Shown here piece by piece: positions 9,200 to 17,985 of a DNA stretch of 34,039 nt. The stretch comes from a virus (lineage: Duplodnaviria > Heunggongvirae > Uroviricota > Caudoviricetes). The notes under the pieces were generated by a model that had not been told where the DNA came from, searched no databases, and saw nothing but the letters and a program-made list of their open reading frames with translations. Where the stretch lies: IMG/VR virus record IMGVR_UViG_2617270939_000002, one strand, 5' to 3'. The translations under genes were made by a program, and so were the position numbers. Numbering within the stretch: position 1 is the first letter of the stretch; each line of letters begins with the position of its first letter.

Positions 9200-9669
9200 C
9201 TTCTAACCCTGTTGTTGTTTGACTGCCTCACTGAGTCGTAAATGCGCTCACACGTCATTCCTGCCCGGTAGCTTTCGTCAGATCGCTCAGCATAATATCG
9301 AGCTTCTTCTGCAAGGCGTCCGAGCATGTCGGCGAGCACTGCGGCGTCGGCTCCGGCTGTTTTGCTTCTGACGGCAGTGGCAAGATCTGCGGTGTGCTTT
9401 GCGGCGTCCAGGCGAGTGGCAAGCTTTGTTGCTTCGGTACGCAGCTGGTTAACAGTGGCAGACAGGCCAGCAGCAGTGGCAGCGGATTTACCGACAATAA
9501 TTGCCCAGTCACTCAGGCTTAACCCTGCAATTCTGTCGGCCAACATCCAGGACACCTCTTTTGCTGTTTTAGCTGTTTCGGCATATGCCTTCGCTGATAC
9601 ACCGCAGCCGGTCAGCGTGGTTCCTGTTCCATATGAAAGTCTGCTGTAAATGGTGCTCATTCTGGTCAT
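9196..9669 (-). CDS. Hypothetical phage protein (157 aa)
   Basis: ATG at 9669 preceded by GGAGGTGAGG; Ala/Thr-rich helical protein. Confidence 0.6.
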   Translation of the reverse strand: MTRMSTIYSRLSYGTGTTLTGCGVSAKAYAETAKTAKEVSWMLADRIAGLSLSDWAIIVGKSAATAAGLSATVNQLRTEATKLATRLDAAKHTADLATAVRSKTAGADAAVLADMLGRLAEEARYYAERSDESYRAGMTCERIYDSVRQSNNNRVRR

Positions 9670-9912
9670 AGCCTCACCTCCGATTATTCGGATGGCGCTG
9701 TGTGTTTGAAAAGGGTCAGGCTTCACGGGCTGGATTTATCAACAAAGCACGTAGCGGATGATTCCCGTGAGCCTGAAATAGAAAAGGCCACGCAAATGCG
9801 CAGCCTGTAACCAGAAATCAATATTGTCTTTACATCAATTTTTCTTAAGGTTAAATTCTTCTGACAAGTTGATGAAAGACAACTTGAATATTAGCTATTT
9901 GTTCTCTGTTAT

Positions 9913-9939
9913 GCCCGCAACCCAATGCGGGCTTTTTTT
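9913..9939 (+). terminator. Rho-independent terminator (gcccgca-acccaa-tgcgggc followed by T7)
   Basis: Perfect 7-bp GC stem followed by ttttttt on plus strand in an otherwise gene-free interval. Confidence 0.55.
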
Positions 9940-10113
9940 CGCCCTGCTAAAAGTTCCACCGTTGTGAGCCTTTTTGCTATGCAATAATGGATGCGTGGTG
10001 CCGGGTGTCTCCCGGTGATCCTTTGGCTGACAACCCATGCCTCACGAACATTTCACAACGGGATATAGAAAAGGCCATGCATTTGCATAGCCCTGAAAGA
10101 TGTTTATGCTTTA

Positions 10114-10611
10114 TTAATTCGCTGGAATATCTGGCATGGCGCGATCCATAGAAGAGCTAATTAACGCCTTAATAGCGTTGCATACCTGATAAAATCCACC
10201 CAGCTGAGATGAGACAGAAAAACGGGAGACGTCGTCTCCTGAGCCTACTTCAGCATAAAATGATGAGTTCTCATACCAGAGTGAGATGCTTACGCCCTGC
10301 CTGTAGCCACCTGTTAGCGGAGAATCATCAAGAGTGGTTGCAATCACGAAATTCAAGTGGTAACGGCTGTCCATATTGAGTTGGGGGATTAAGACAGGAA
10401 AGAACTTCCCCTCCTCCTCCCAAATACCAATGTCCACATAAGGCCATCTTGTTCCGTCAGAACCAGTCCACTCACGAGATGTAAGATCAAGAGAACCTGA
10501 ATACTCTCGTAGTAGTTCGCTCGCCTTCTCCTGAAGTTTATCCTGTAACTTCCATTGCGCCTCGACCAGTTTAGTGCGTTTTTCTTTCAGATCCTTAAAT
10601 GTTAATTCCAT
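10114..10611 (-). CDS. Hypothetical phage protein (alternative start 10647)
   Basis: ORF; ATG at 10611 with GGAG upstream. Confidence 0.5.
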   Translation of the reverse strand: MELTFKDLKEKRTKLVEAQWKLQDKLQEKASELLREYSGSLDLTSREWTGSDGTRWPYVDIGIWEEEGKFFPVLIPQLNMDSRYHLNFVIATTLDDSPLTGGYRQGVSISLWYENSSFYAEVGSGDDVSRFSVSSQLGGFYQVCNAIKALISSSMDRAMPDIPAN

Positions 10612-10836
10612 GCCACTCTCCAGACAACTTTTGAAAGGAATCTGCATAGTAACTCACCCTGAAAGCACATGGTTATATTTCACTTACACTGAGTGCGAAA
10701 AGCAAAAACCCCGCCGAATGGCAGGGTTCATAATCAGTTTCATTTGGATGCACGTATCCATGATTAGAAGCATACACGACAACTTCGGACAAAATCAAGC
10801 CCTGCGTCACGAAAATGCTAAATATCACGCGTATCG

Positions 10837-11037
10837 TCACACAAACTGGTCATCACCTGGAAGCTGCATTGTGATTTTCACAATGGAGGTCTTAAAGCGC
10901 TGTTTTAGCTTAGTGAACTGTGAGGCCCAATCCATGCCCATGCCGTCAATGATCGGCTTCATTGGGGTATACGGCTCACCATTGCGATTCACAACATAGA
11001 GTGCATTTCCGTGGAACGGGACGGTAATTGTATTCAT
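10837..11037 (-). pseudogene. Antirepressor N-terminal domain fragment (P22 AR N-term/Ant-like), truncated after about 66 aa
   Basis: MNTITVPFHGNALYVVNRNGEPYTPMKPIIDGMGMDWASQFTKLKQRF resembles phage antirepressor N-terminal domains; much shorter than typical. Confidence 0.45.
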
Positions 11038-11318
11038 AGCGTTTTGCCTTACTTTGAGATGAACCTTTGCCGCACAGGAGATCAGCCCGTCGAGGCTCGC
11101 CAGCACTAACTGACTCCTCAACGGCTCATTCCAAAAGGTTGGGTTCGACGTGATTGAATGCGCTGCGGTGCGCGGTGAAATGCAGATACAAAAAAGCCCC
11201 GGTATTAAACCGAGGCTTATAATTCTTTCTCTTTTTCAGAGAATGCGGATTAAAGAACGTGCTTCATTGCTGGTTTCATCACAGCTTGGCACATATTTAC
11301 TACTTTCATTTCTCATTT

Positions 11319-11540
11319 TCAATTTATTTTTTTTGCACAGTTAGCCTGCACTGATTTATTGTGCACCAATATGTCCCGCTTCGTCTGCTTATCCAGCACG
11401 GCAATATCGTGTTCAGTGAGGTAGATAATGTCCACCCAGTCACAGGCTGTGTCCGTTAATTCAGGTTTTGCGGGTAAAGTTTTCGCGCAACTCACGGTCA
11501 ACATCGTCATCAGGAAGATGATTAACAGTTTGCTGTACAT
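11319..11540 (-). CDS. Lipoprotein, putative o-spanin (Rz1-like), overlapping 3' end of upstream gene in another frame
   Basis: Signal peptide MYSKLLIIFLMTMLTVSC with Cys lipobox; overlap architecture typical of spanin pairs; position downstream of endolysin. Confidence 0.45.
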   Translation of the reverse strand: MYSKLLIIFLMTMLTVSCAKTLPAKPELTDTACDWVDIIYLTEHDIAVLDKQTKRDILVHNKSVQANCAKKIN

Positions 11541-11730
11541 CCCTGGCTCCTTTTGTTGTCTCTACCCGGCGTTCAGCAACAGCTTCAGTAGCTGTTGCAC
11601 GTTCTTCAGTGCGCTGCTGATCGGCTTTGGCTTCCGCTTTGCTGGTGCCGCGTGAATGACCAATGCCAAAAGCACCAGCGATAGCTGCCATTATCAGGGC
11701 AGCAATACCGACGATTGTTTCTAATCCCAT
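11461..11730 (-). CDS. Small N-terminally membrane-anchored charged protein, putative i-spanin (Rz-like, short)
   Basis: MGLETIVGIAALIMAAIAGAFGIG TM segment then charged coil; GAGGT RBS; immediately after endolysin. Confidence 0.45.
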   Translation of the reverse strand: MGLETIVGIAALIMAAIAGAFGIGHSRGTSKAEAKADQQRTEERATATEAVAERRVETTKGARDVQQTVNHLPDDDVDRELRENFTRKT

Positions 11731-11737
11731 AGTGACC

Positions 11738-12367
11738 TCACACCAGCACAGACTTCGCCAGGTTAAACAGCGCGCGGCGTTTATCCAGCCCGTTACGTCC
11801 GCCATTGATAAGCAGCGTGACGCGCTCCACATCGCCTGAATGGAGCAGGCATCCGTGCGAGACGTAGAACCATGCGGCGGAGCGCGCAGCGTATTCATCT
11901 CGTTCCAGTAGTTCTGGATACGAAACCAGATCCAGTTTGAGAGCCTGGCCGCAACTGCGATAGTTGCTAAGCCCGGTGATTTGCTTAAGGCCTCGGCCGC
12001 GATATTTCCAGCCATCACCAGCAACCTGGTTGCCCAGGTTCTTTTTGCCCCACTCACCGCCGTAAACCAGATTGGCTATCGCTTTCTGATTTGCCGGTTG
12101 CGTTGCCGTTCTGCCGAGTGCGGCGGCCTGCTGCGCAGTAATGCGATGCTTGCCGAACGTAGGTACCAGGTTTTCTGCCGCATAGTTCAGGTTTTCCACC
12201 AGCCGGGTGAAACCGCCGGACTCATGGCCCATCTGCGCGATAAACATGGCCTGATCGAGCGGCGCGGTTATGCCGAATTCCTTCACTGCAGCATCGATAT
12301 GCGAAAACCAGCGCGAAGCGAGCCCGGCGCTAATGCCAGCCGCCTTTTGAAATTGTGATTGGTTCAC
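11738..12367 (-). CDS. Phage endolysin, glycoside hydrolase family 19 (chitinase-like lysozyme); GTG start (alternative ATG at 12415)
   Basis: MFIAQMGHESGGFTRLVENLNYAAE...GRGLKQITGLSNY motifs; GTGA overlap with upstream gene stop. Confidence 0.8.
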   Translation of the reverse strand: MNQSQFQKAAGISAGLASRWFSHIDAAVKEFGITAPLDQAMFIAQMGHESGGFTRLVENLNYAAENLVPTFGKHRITAQQAAALGRTATQPANQKAIANLVYGGEWGKKNLGNQVAGDGWKYRGRGLKQITGLSNYRSCGQALKLDLVSYPELLERDEYAARSAAWFYVSHGCLLHSGDVERVTLLINGGRNGLDKRRALFNLAKSVLV

Positions 12368-12645
12368 GTTGTGCTTTCCCCTGCTATTCTTGCGATGTTG
12401 CCACGTGCTCGCCATACAGCTATGCAGACAACAAGGTTGACGACCAACTCTCCGTAGTCGACCTGCACGTAATCACCATGCCAGATGCGGAAAGCGGTAA
12501 ACGCTGGAGCGAGGATCAGCCCATAGGCCAGAAACTCCATCAGACGGCGGCGCCGTAAGCTCCGCTTCCTGAAGAACATCAGGCGTATGGTGATGAGGAT
12601 GCATGCAACAGCGTTAATGTTCAGGATCAGTGTTTGCCACGTCAT
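12364..12645 (-). CDS. Small two-TM membrane protein in lysis cassette (holin partner/antiholin candidate)
   Basis: Hydrophobic segments plus RKRSLRRRR basic patch; ATGA coupling to the upstream holin-like gene. Confidence 0.5.
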   Translation of the reverse strand: MTWQTLILNINAVACILITIRLMFFRKRSLRRRRLMEFLAYGLILAPAFTAFRIWHGDYVQVDYGELVVNLVVCIAVWRARGNIARIAGESTT

Positions 12646-13046
12646 TCTTCCCCCTTCAATCCGGGTAAGTCTCCTGTCTTCGACCGTTTGAGGATGCGAG
12701 CCAGGATGGTGACAGAAACCGATGAAGCCAGCAGGGCACCCATAGCTGGAGATACCTTCACGGAAACTGGAGGAGAAAGGTGACTTAATGCCGCATTGAT
12801 TAGCGCAGCGATGATTTCAGATGCTGTTCCGGCGCAGTAGACTCCACCAATGAATGAGATGAGCGCGAACAGTATCTGCTTCCAGATTTTGTGGTCTTCA
12901 CTGCTCAGGACATAAAGAGCAGCCCCGGCAAGTGAGCAAAGCATTACAGCGGGTGTCGCTTCTGGAAACATCGTCGCGAAGGTGATTCCGGTAGTGCCGG
13001 CGGCCACGCCTGCCGTTACCGTTGCAGATATCGGTTCTGCGGACAT
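12642..13046 (-). CDS. Putative holin (134 aa, multi-TM with charged C-terminal tail)
   Basis: ATG at 13046 with GAGGGGG RBS; TM-rich with C-terminal KRSKTGDLPGLKGEE; first large gene of lysis cassette. Confidence 0.55.
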   Translation of the reverse strand: MSAEPISATVTAGVAAGTTGITFATMFPEATPAVMLCSLAGAALYVLSSEDHKIWKQILFALISFIGGVYCAGTASEIIAALINAALSHLSPPVSVKVSPAMGALLASSVSVTILARILKRSKTGDLPGLKGEE

Positions 13047-13156
13047 TTTGCCCCCTCTTATTGCTGTTGATCCTCTCAGAAGGTTGAGGGGAAACAAAAA
13101 AGGCCACCGTGAGGTGGCCTATATATGATTGAAATTTTTGATTTGGTAAGGCTTGA

Positions 13157-13351
13157 TCAGACCGGCAATGCCTTCGGCTTGCCCATGTGATATGTAACAA
13201 GGCTGCTTTTGCTGCCATCTTCCCAGACTGTAGAGCTCTCGGTGATCTTCAAAATCACCCAGCCTTTAGAAAGGCCCAAATTGACTTGCTCCACATCCTC
13301 TACCGTCCGTACTTCCTGAATTTTACTCAACAAGTTTTCATCTGCGCTCAT
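13157..13351 (-). CDS. Hypothetical small protein (64 aa), first ORF downstream of tR'-like terminator
   Basis: ATG at 13351 with GAGGG RBS. Confidence 0.4.
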   Translation of the reverse strand: MSADENLLSKIQEVRTVEDVEQVNLGLSKGWVILKITESSTVWEDGSKSSLVTYHMGKPKALPV

Positions 13352-13413
13352 CAACTGACCCTCAGTTAAAAAACACAACATAACAAACGCATTGAAGAAA
13401 AACCTTGCTGGAA

Positions 13414-13442
13414 ATAAAAAAACCCGCGCTGAGGCGGGTTTG
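13414..13442 (-). terminator. Rho-independent terminator on minus strand upstream of lysis genes (lambda tR'-like position)
   Basis: Minus-strand hairpin aaacccgc-ctcagc-gcgggttt followed by TTTTTTTATTT. Confidence 0.5.
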
Positions 13443-13829
13443 ATGTCGTGTAGGCGTAATATCCCACGATGGAAAGCATACAGGACATTTTTATGCAAAG
13501 TCAACACTAACGTGCAAAAAAGTGTCGCTACCGTAACCCGTACCAGACCCGCCACACATTCGCCACCAGACACATTAGCCAGGGCGTAAACCTTTTCTGG
13601 CTTGCCGGGCAGATGGGGCATAAAGGGCCGGAAATGCTGTTCCGCAATTACGGTAAATACCTGGCTGAATACGACGGGAAAACCGCCATTTCAGCAGCTC
13701 TGTAGCGTCGTGAGTATTTCAAAATGTTGGACGGAATCAGGACGTTAGAGGGACCACGATATGCACGTAAAATGCACTTGAGGCCTTTCAAAAAAGACAA
13801 AACATTAATATTCAATAGGTTAAGCATTA

Positions 13830-13864
13830 TTCGGACACGGGTTCAACTCCCGCCAGCTCCACCA
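13830..13864 (+). other. 3'-terminal fragment of tmRNA (ssrA)-like sequence ending in CCA; att core, not an intact RNA gene
   Basis: TTCGGACACGGGTTCAACTCCCGCCAGCTCCACCA matches the E. coli ssrA 3' end as I recall it (one difference); upstream sequence does not match the ssrA body. Confidence 0.7.
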
Positions 13865-13899
13865 AATATTGATGTACTGAAGTTCAGTAAAGTCTACTA

Positions 13900-13932
13900 A
13901 GCCCGCACAGCACAAGCTCTGCGGGCTTTTTT
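13900..13932 (+). terminator. Rho-independent terminator following the ssrA-like 3' end
   Basis: agcccgca-N12-tgcgggct followed by TTTTTT. Confidence 0.65.
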
Positions 13933-14030
13933 ACGTCTATTGTAGTCTAGTGAGAATTGCTGAGAACTACGAGTTATGGCACCCTGAATGGGACCCACGA
14001 AGATGGGTCCTAAAATCGAGGGTCCCAAAC

Positions 14031-15260
14031 ATGGCCAAAATCGCTAAGAAGCTCACTGACACTGAAATCAAAAGCACCAAACCTGCCGAAAAAGAGGTTA
14101 ACCTTTTTGACGGCGATGGTTTGCTGTTGCGAATCGCTCCCCTGGCGAAGGGAGGGAAGAAAAATTGGTATTTCAGATATGCAGTGCCTGTGACCAAAAA
14201 GCGAACTAAGGTGAGCTTAGGAACCTATCCTCACCTTACACTTGCGAAGGCACGAGCTTTACGTGATGAATACTTGTCGTTGCTTACAAATGGTATAGAC
14301 CCCCAAGTTCATAACAACCAAAAAGCCAATGCACTGAAAGATGCCACGGAACATACATTTCAAGCAGTAGCCAAGAAGTGGCTTGATGAGAAAGTCAAAA
14401 CGTCAGGCATCTCCCAAGATCATGCTAACGACATCTGGCGAAGCCTAGAGAGAAATATCTTTTCCACATTGGGTGATACCCCAATTAAGGAGATTCGCCC
14501 TAAAATGCTTAAACAGCATTTAGAACCCATAGAAAAACGAGGTGTCCTTGAAACACTTCGCCGCATCATATCCCGCCTGAATGAAATTTTCCGCTATGCA
14601 GCAACAGAAGAACTCATAGAATTCAACCCGGCAGACAACCTGGGGCAACGGTTCAGCAAGCCAAAAAAACAGAATATGCCAGCATTACCCCCTTCCGAAC
14701 TCCCTCGCTTCTTGGTTGCTCTAAACAATGCTTCTATCCGTTTGGAAACAAGGCTACTGATTGAGTGGCAACTTCTCACATGGGTTCGCCCAGGTGAAGC
14801 TGTTCGCACAAGATGGTCAGATATTGATATTGAAACTGGCATGTGGAACATCCCGGCGGAGTTTATGAAAATGAAGAAGCCTCACAAAGTTCCACTGAGC
14901 AAAGAAGCTTTGCGAGTTTTGGATTTAATGAAAGTCATCAGCGGGCATAGAGAGTGGGTGTTCCCCAGTATCAAAGCTCCACTCAATCACATGCATGAAC
15001 AAACAGCTAATGCGGCCATAATCCGTATGGGTTTCGGAGGTGAGCTTGTAGCTCACGGTATGCGATCCATTGCTAGAACGGCTGCTGAGGAGTCTGGCAA
15101 GTTTAGGACTGATGTCTTAGAAGCCGCCCTTGCCCACTCGAAGAAAGATGAAATAATTGCAGCCTACAATCGTGCAGAGTATCTCACTGAACGGGTGGTT
15201 CTCATGCAATGGTGGAGTGACTATGTTTCGTCTCAAAAATGCAAAGTTATTGCCGCATAA
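14031..15260 (+). CDS. Tyrosine integrase, P4 family (IntA-like), 409 aa
   Basis: MAKIAKKLTDTEIKSTKPAEKEVNLFDGDGLLL...WYFRY... N-terminus and C-terminal HGMRS...LAHS...Y catalytic region; adjacent to ssrA-type att. Confidence 0.9.
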   Translation: MAKIAKKLTDTEIKSTKPAEKEVNLFDGDGLLLRIAPLAKGGKKNWYFRYAVPVTKKRTKVSLGTYPHLTLAKARALRDEYLSLLTNGIDPQVHNNQKANALKDATEHTFQAVAKKWLDEKVKTSGISQDHANDIWRSLERNIFSTLGDTPIKEIRPKMLKQHLEPIEKRGVLETLRRIISRLNEIFRYAATEELIEFNPADNLGQRFSKPKKQNMPALPPSELPRFLVALNNASIRLETRLLIEWQLLTWVRPGEAVRTRWSDIDIETGMWNIPAEFMKMKKPHKVPLSKEALRVLDLMKVISGHREWVFPSIKAPLNHMHEQTANAAIIRMGFGGELVAHGMRSIARTAAEESGKFRTDVLEAALAHSKKDEIIAAYNRAEYLTERVVLMQWWSDYVSSQKCKVIAA

Positions 15261-15542
15261 CTCTCCCATGATGGATTAACTATCTTGATTTAGTTAAAGA
15301 ATTAATAATCACACCATTAACCTATGTGGACTAAGCATAGCCATTTACAAATGGGGACATTGAGTCCACATAACGAAAGCTGTCGGTCATATCAGCTAAA
15401 TAATTCACATCTCTTCTCGATTATCATACACCTCGAAGATCTACCAAATTCGCTCTAATCAATGATAAAACAGTTGAATTCGGTTAAAATTTGATCAATT
15501 TTATCCTCTACATTGTATTGAATCATCCATGAGGTTTCGTGC

Positions 15543-17099
15543 ATGGCTAGCGAAAATGACAAAAATCATAGAGTTAGGGTCGCGCAGTACTTGAGGATGT
15601 CTACCGACCATCAGCAATATTCTTTACATAATCAGTCCGAATATATCAAAGATTATGCTGAAAAGAACAATATGGAAATCGCTTATACCTACGATGATGC
15701 AGGTAAGAGCGGAGTCAGTATCGTAGGCAGGCATTCTTTGCAGCAGTTACTTAGCGATGTAGAACAAAAGAAAATAGATATACAGGCTGTATTATTTTAT
15801 GATGTGAGCCGTTTTGGTCGTTTTCAAAATAGTGATGAAGCGGCATATTATTCCTTTCTATTTGAGAGAAATGGTGTAGATCTTATATATTGTTCCGAAC
15901 CTATACCCACTAAAGATTTCCCTTTAGAGTCCTCTGTTATACTGAATATAAAAAGATCTAGTGCTGCATATCACAGCAGGAATTTATCTGAAAAGGTATT
16001 TATAGGGCAAGTAAATTTAATAAAGCTTGGTTATCATCAAGGCGGTATGGCTGGTTATGGGCTGAGACGTCTTTTAGTAGACGAAAATGGCATAGCTAAA
16101 GAAATATTGAGTTTCCGCAAAAGAAAGAGTATTCAAACAGATAGGGTAATATTAATTCCGGGACCAAAAAATGAAATAAAAATTGTAAATAGAATATATG
16201 ATCTCTTTATAGATAATAACGTCCCAGAATTCATTATTGCTGAGAGATTAAATGAACAGAACATACCTGCAGAAAATGGAACATTATGGACTCGTGCAAA
16301 AATACATCAAATTTTGACAAATGAAAAATATATTGGAAACAACATATATAACAAAACCTCATCTAAATTAAAAAGTAGGCTTGTAAAAAACCCCAAACAT
16401 GAATGGGTTAGATGTGACAAGGCATATAAACCTATTATTTCAAAGAAAAAATACAATAAAGCTCAAGAAATAATTCAGCTCCGATCCATTCATTTGACTA
16501 ATGAAGATCTATTAGAAAAACTAAAACAAAAATTAGAATCTAATGGAAAACTATCAGGCTTTATCATTGATGAAGATGATACAGGCCCTTCATCTTCTGT
16601 TTATAGAACCCGATTTGGTGGTCTTTTAAGAGCATATACTTTGATTGGTTATAAGCCAGAACATGATTACAGCTATCTCAAAATAAATGAAGCACTAAGA
16701 TCATTTCACTCAGAGATAATTGAGGATTTTAAGGGTGAAATTTTAAAAAGTAACTGTCATATAGACGAGTATAAATATGCCCCAATGCTTTACATCAATG
16801 ATGAGTTTTTAATTTCCGTCCTTGTTACTAAATGCATACATATGAAATCAGGTAAACTTAGATGGAAAGTCCGGTTTGATAACTCACAGAAAGCAGACAT
16901 AACAATTGTTATACGAATGAATTCACAAAATATTTCACCTCTTGATTTTTATATCATACCAAAGATTGAAAACGAATATAATAAAATGTGCATGACGGAA
17001 ACAAACAACATTCGATTAGATCTCTATAGATTTGATAATCTTGATAAACTTCTACAAATTATTACTCGCATGAAAGTGAGGGAACTATATGCTGCCTGA
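15543..17099 (+). CDS. Large serine recombinase (resolvase/invertase catalytic domain plus recombinase and zinc-ribbon domains)
   Basis: VAQYLRMSTDHQ catalytic serine motif near N-terminus; 518 aa; AT-rich. Confidence 0.85.
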   Translation: MASENDKNHRVRVAQYLRMSTDHQQYSLHNQSEYIKDYAEKNNMEIAYTYDDAGKSGVSIVGRHSLQQLLSDVEQKKIDIQAVLFYDVSRFGRFQNSDEAAYYSFLFERNGVDLIYCSEPIPTKDFPLESSVILNIKRSSAAYHSRNLSEKVFIGQVNLIKLGYHQGGMAGYGLRRLLVDENGIAKEILSFRKRKSIQTDRVILIPGPKNEIKIVNRIYDLFIDNNVPEFIIAERLNEQNIPAENGTLWTRAKIHQILTNEKYIGNNIYNKTSSKLKSRLVKNPKHEWVRCDKAYKPIISKKKYNKAQEIIQLRSIHLTNEDLLEKLKQKLESNGKLSGFIIDEDDTGPSSSVYRTRFGGLLRAYTLIGYKPEHDYSYLKINEALRSFHSEIIEDFKGEILKSNCHIDEYKYAPMLYINDEFLISVLVTKCIHMKSGKLRWKVRFDNSQKADITIVIRMNSQNISPLDFYIIPKIENEYNKMCMTETNNIRLDLYRFDNLDKLLQIITRMKVRELYAA

Positions 17100-17985
17100 A
17101 AAAAATGAATTCCCAATAATTCAAATTGAGATTGCAAAAATAAAATTTCTTAACCCACGAACAAGAAATAAGTTAGTGCATGAAGAAATAAAGGAAAGCA
17201 TAAAAAAAAGAGGATTAAGCAAGCCTATAAGCGTAAGAGCTATTGATGAAGGCGATTTCAAATATGCTTTAATTTGTGGTCAAGGGAGAATAGAGGCTCT
17301 CGTTGCATTAGGTGAAACTATTATTCCAGCAATTATAAGAGATGTATCAGAAGAAGATGCTTACGTTATGAGTTTAGTTGAAAACATTGCAAGGAGAAGA
17401 CCACGTTCTAATGAGTTATTACAGGTGATTAAAGACATGAAAATCAGAGGACTTTCAGACTCCGAAATAAGTGAGATTACTGGATATTCATCGAACTGGG
17501 TGAGCAGTATTAATATGCTACTTGATAAGGGAGAGCATAAACTTCTCTCAGCAGTCGAACGGGGTAATTTGCCTCTGTATCTCGCAGTGCAATTTGCAAG
17601 ATGTGAAACTGAGGAAGCACAAGATATTCTTACCGAAGCATATGATAAAAAATTAATAAAAAGTCGGGACATTATAAAGATAAAACACATTCTAAATCAA
17701 AGAACAGTTGGGAATAAAGGTGCAAAAGCAGCCGGATTTTATTATCACAAACCATCAAAAAGGATGACTGCAGAGGAGTTGATTGAGCTTTATGAAAATA
17801 GTATCGCTGAACATAAATCTGTTTATAACAACTCAAAATTCATAAAAACCAACCTACTAATAGTAAATGAGATTTTTAACATCATAATGATGAATAAAAG
17901 CTTTCAACATATACTTGAACAAGAGAATCTTTCAGAACTACCATCTCAGATATTAACCCCAATAAACAAAGAGGTATTAAAATGA
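17089..17985 (+). CDS. ParB-like N-terminal domain protein with HTH (paralog 1)
   Basis: ISVRAIDEGDFKYALICGQGRIEALVALGETIIPAIIRDVSEEDAYVMSLVENIARR matches ParB/Spo0J N-domain pattern; 11-nt overlap with recombinase. Confidence 0.7.
   Translation: MLPEKNEFPIIQIEIAKIKFLNPRTRNKLVHEEIKESIKKRGLSKPISVRAIDEGDFKYALICGQGRIEALVALGETIIPAIIRDVSEEDAYVMSLVENIARRRPRSNELLQVIKDMKIRGLSDSEISEITGYSSNWVSSINMLLDKGEHKLLSAVERGNLPLYLAVQFARCETEEAQDILTEAYDKKLIKSRDIIKIKHILNQRTVGNKGAKAAGFYYHKPSKRMTAEELIELYENSIAEHKSVYNNSKFIKTNLLIVNEIFNIIMMNKSFQHILEQENLSELPSQILTPINKEVLK

Larger units (their letters stand above)
1..13829 (-). mobile_element. Lambdoid prophage remnant (partial, extends beyond window start); late-gene order lysis-cos-Nu1-head-tail on minus strand, early region and integrase absent
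   Basis: Collinear lambda-like proteins (Nu1, portal C-terminus, gpC, gpU, gpV), lambda cosN 12-mer, lysis cassette; right boundary set by ssrA-like att fragment at 13830. Confidence 0.8.

Noticed and set aside
9326-9649. 107-aa plus-strand ORF
   Set aside because: Antisense to the better-supported 9196..9669 CDS, which has a strong RBS.
13157-13621. 154-aa version of the small ORF upstream of the holin
   Set aside because: N-terminal extension runs across the tR'-like terminator hairpin; only the 64-aa ORF from the ATG at 13351 is retained.
13830-13864. Possible intact tRNA or tmRNA gene
   Set aside because: Only the 3'-terminal about 35 nt (T-arm, acceptor 3' strand and CCA) are present; no complementary 5' acceptor strand or tmRNA body upstream, so it is an att-site fragment.
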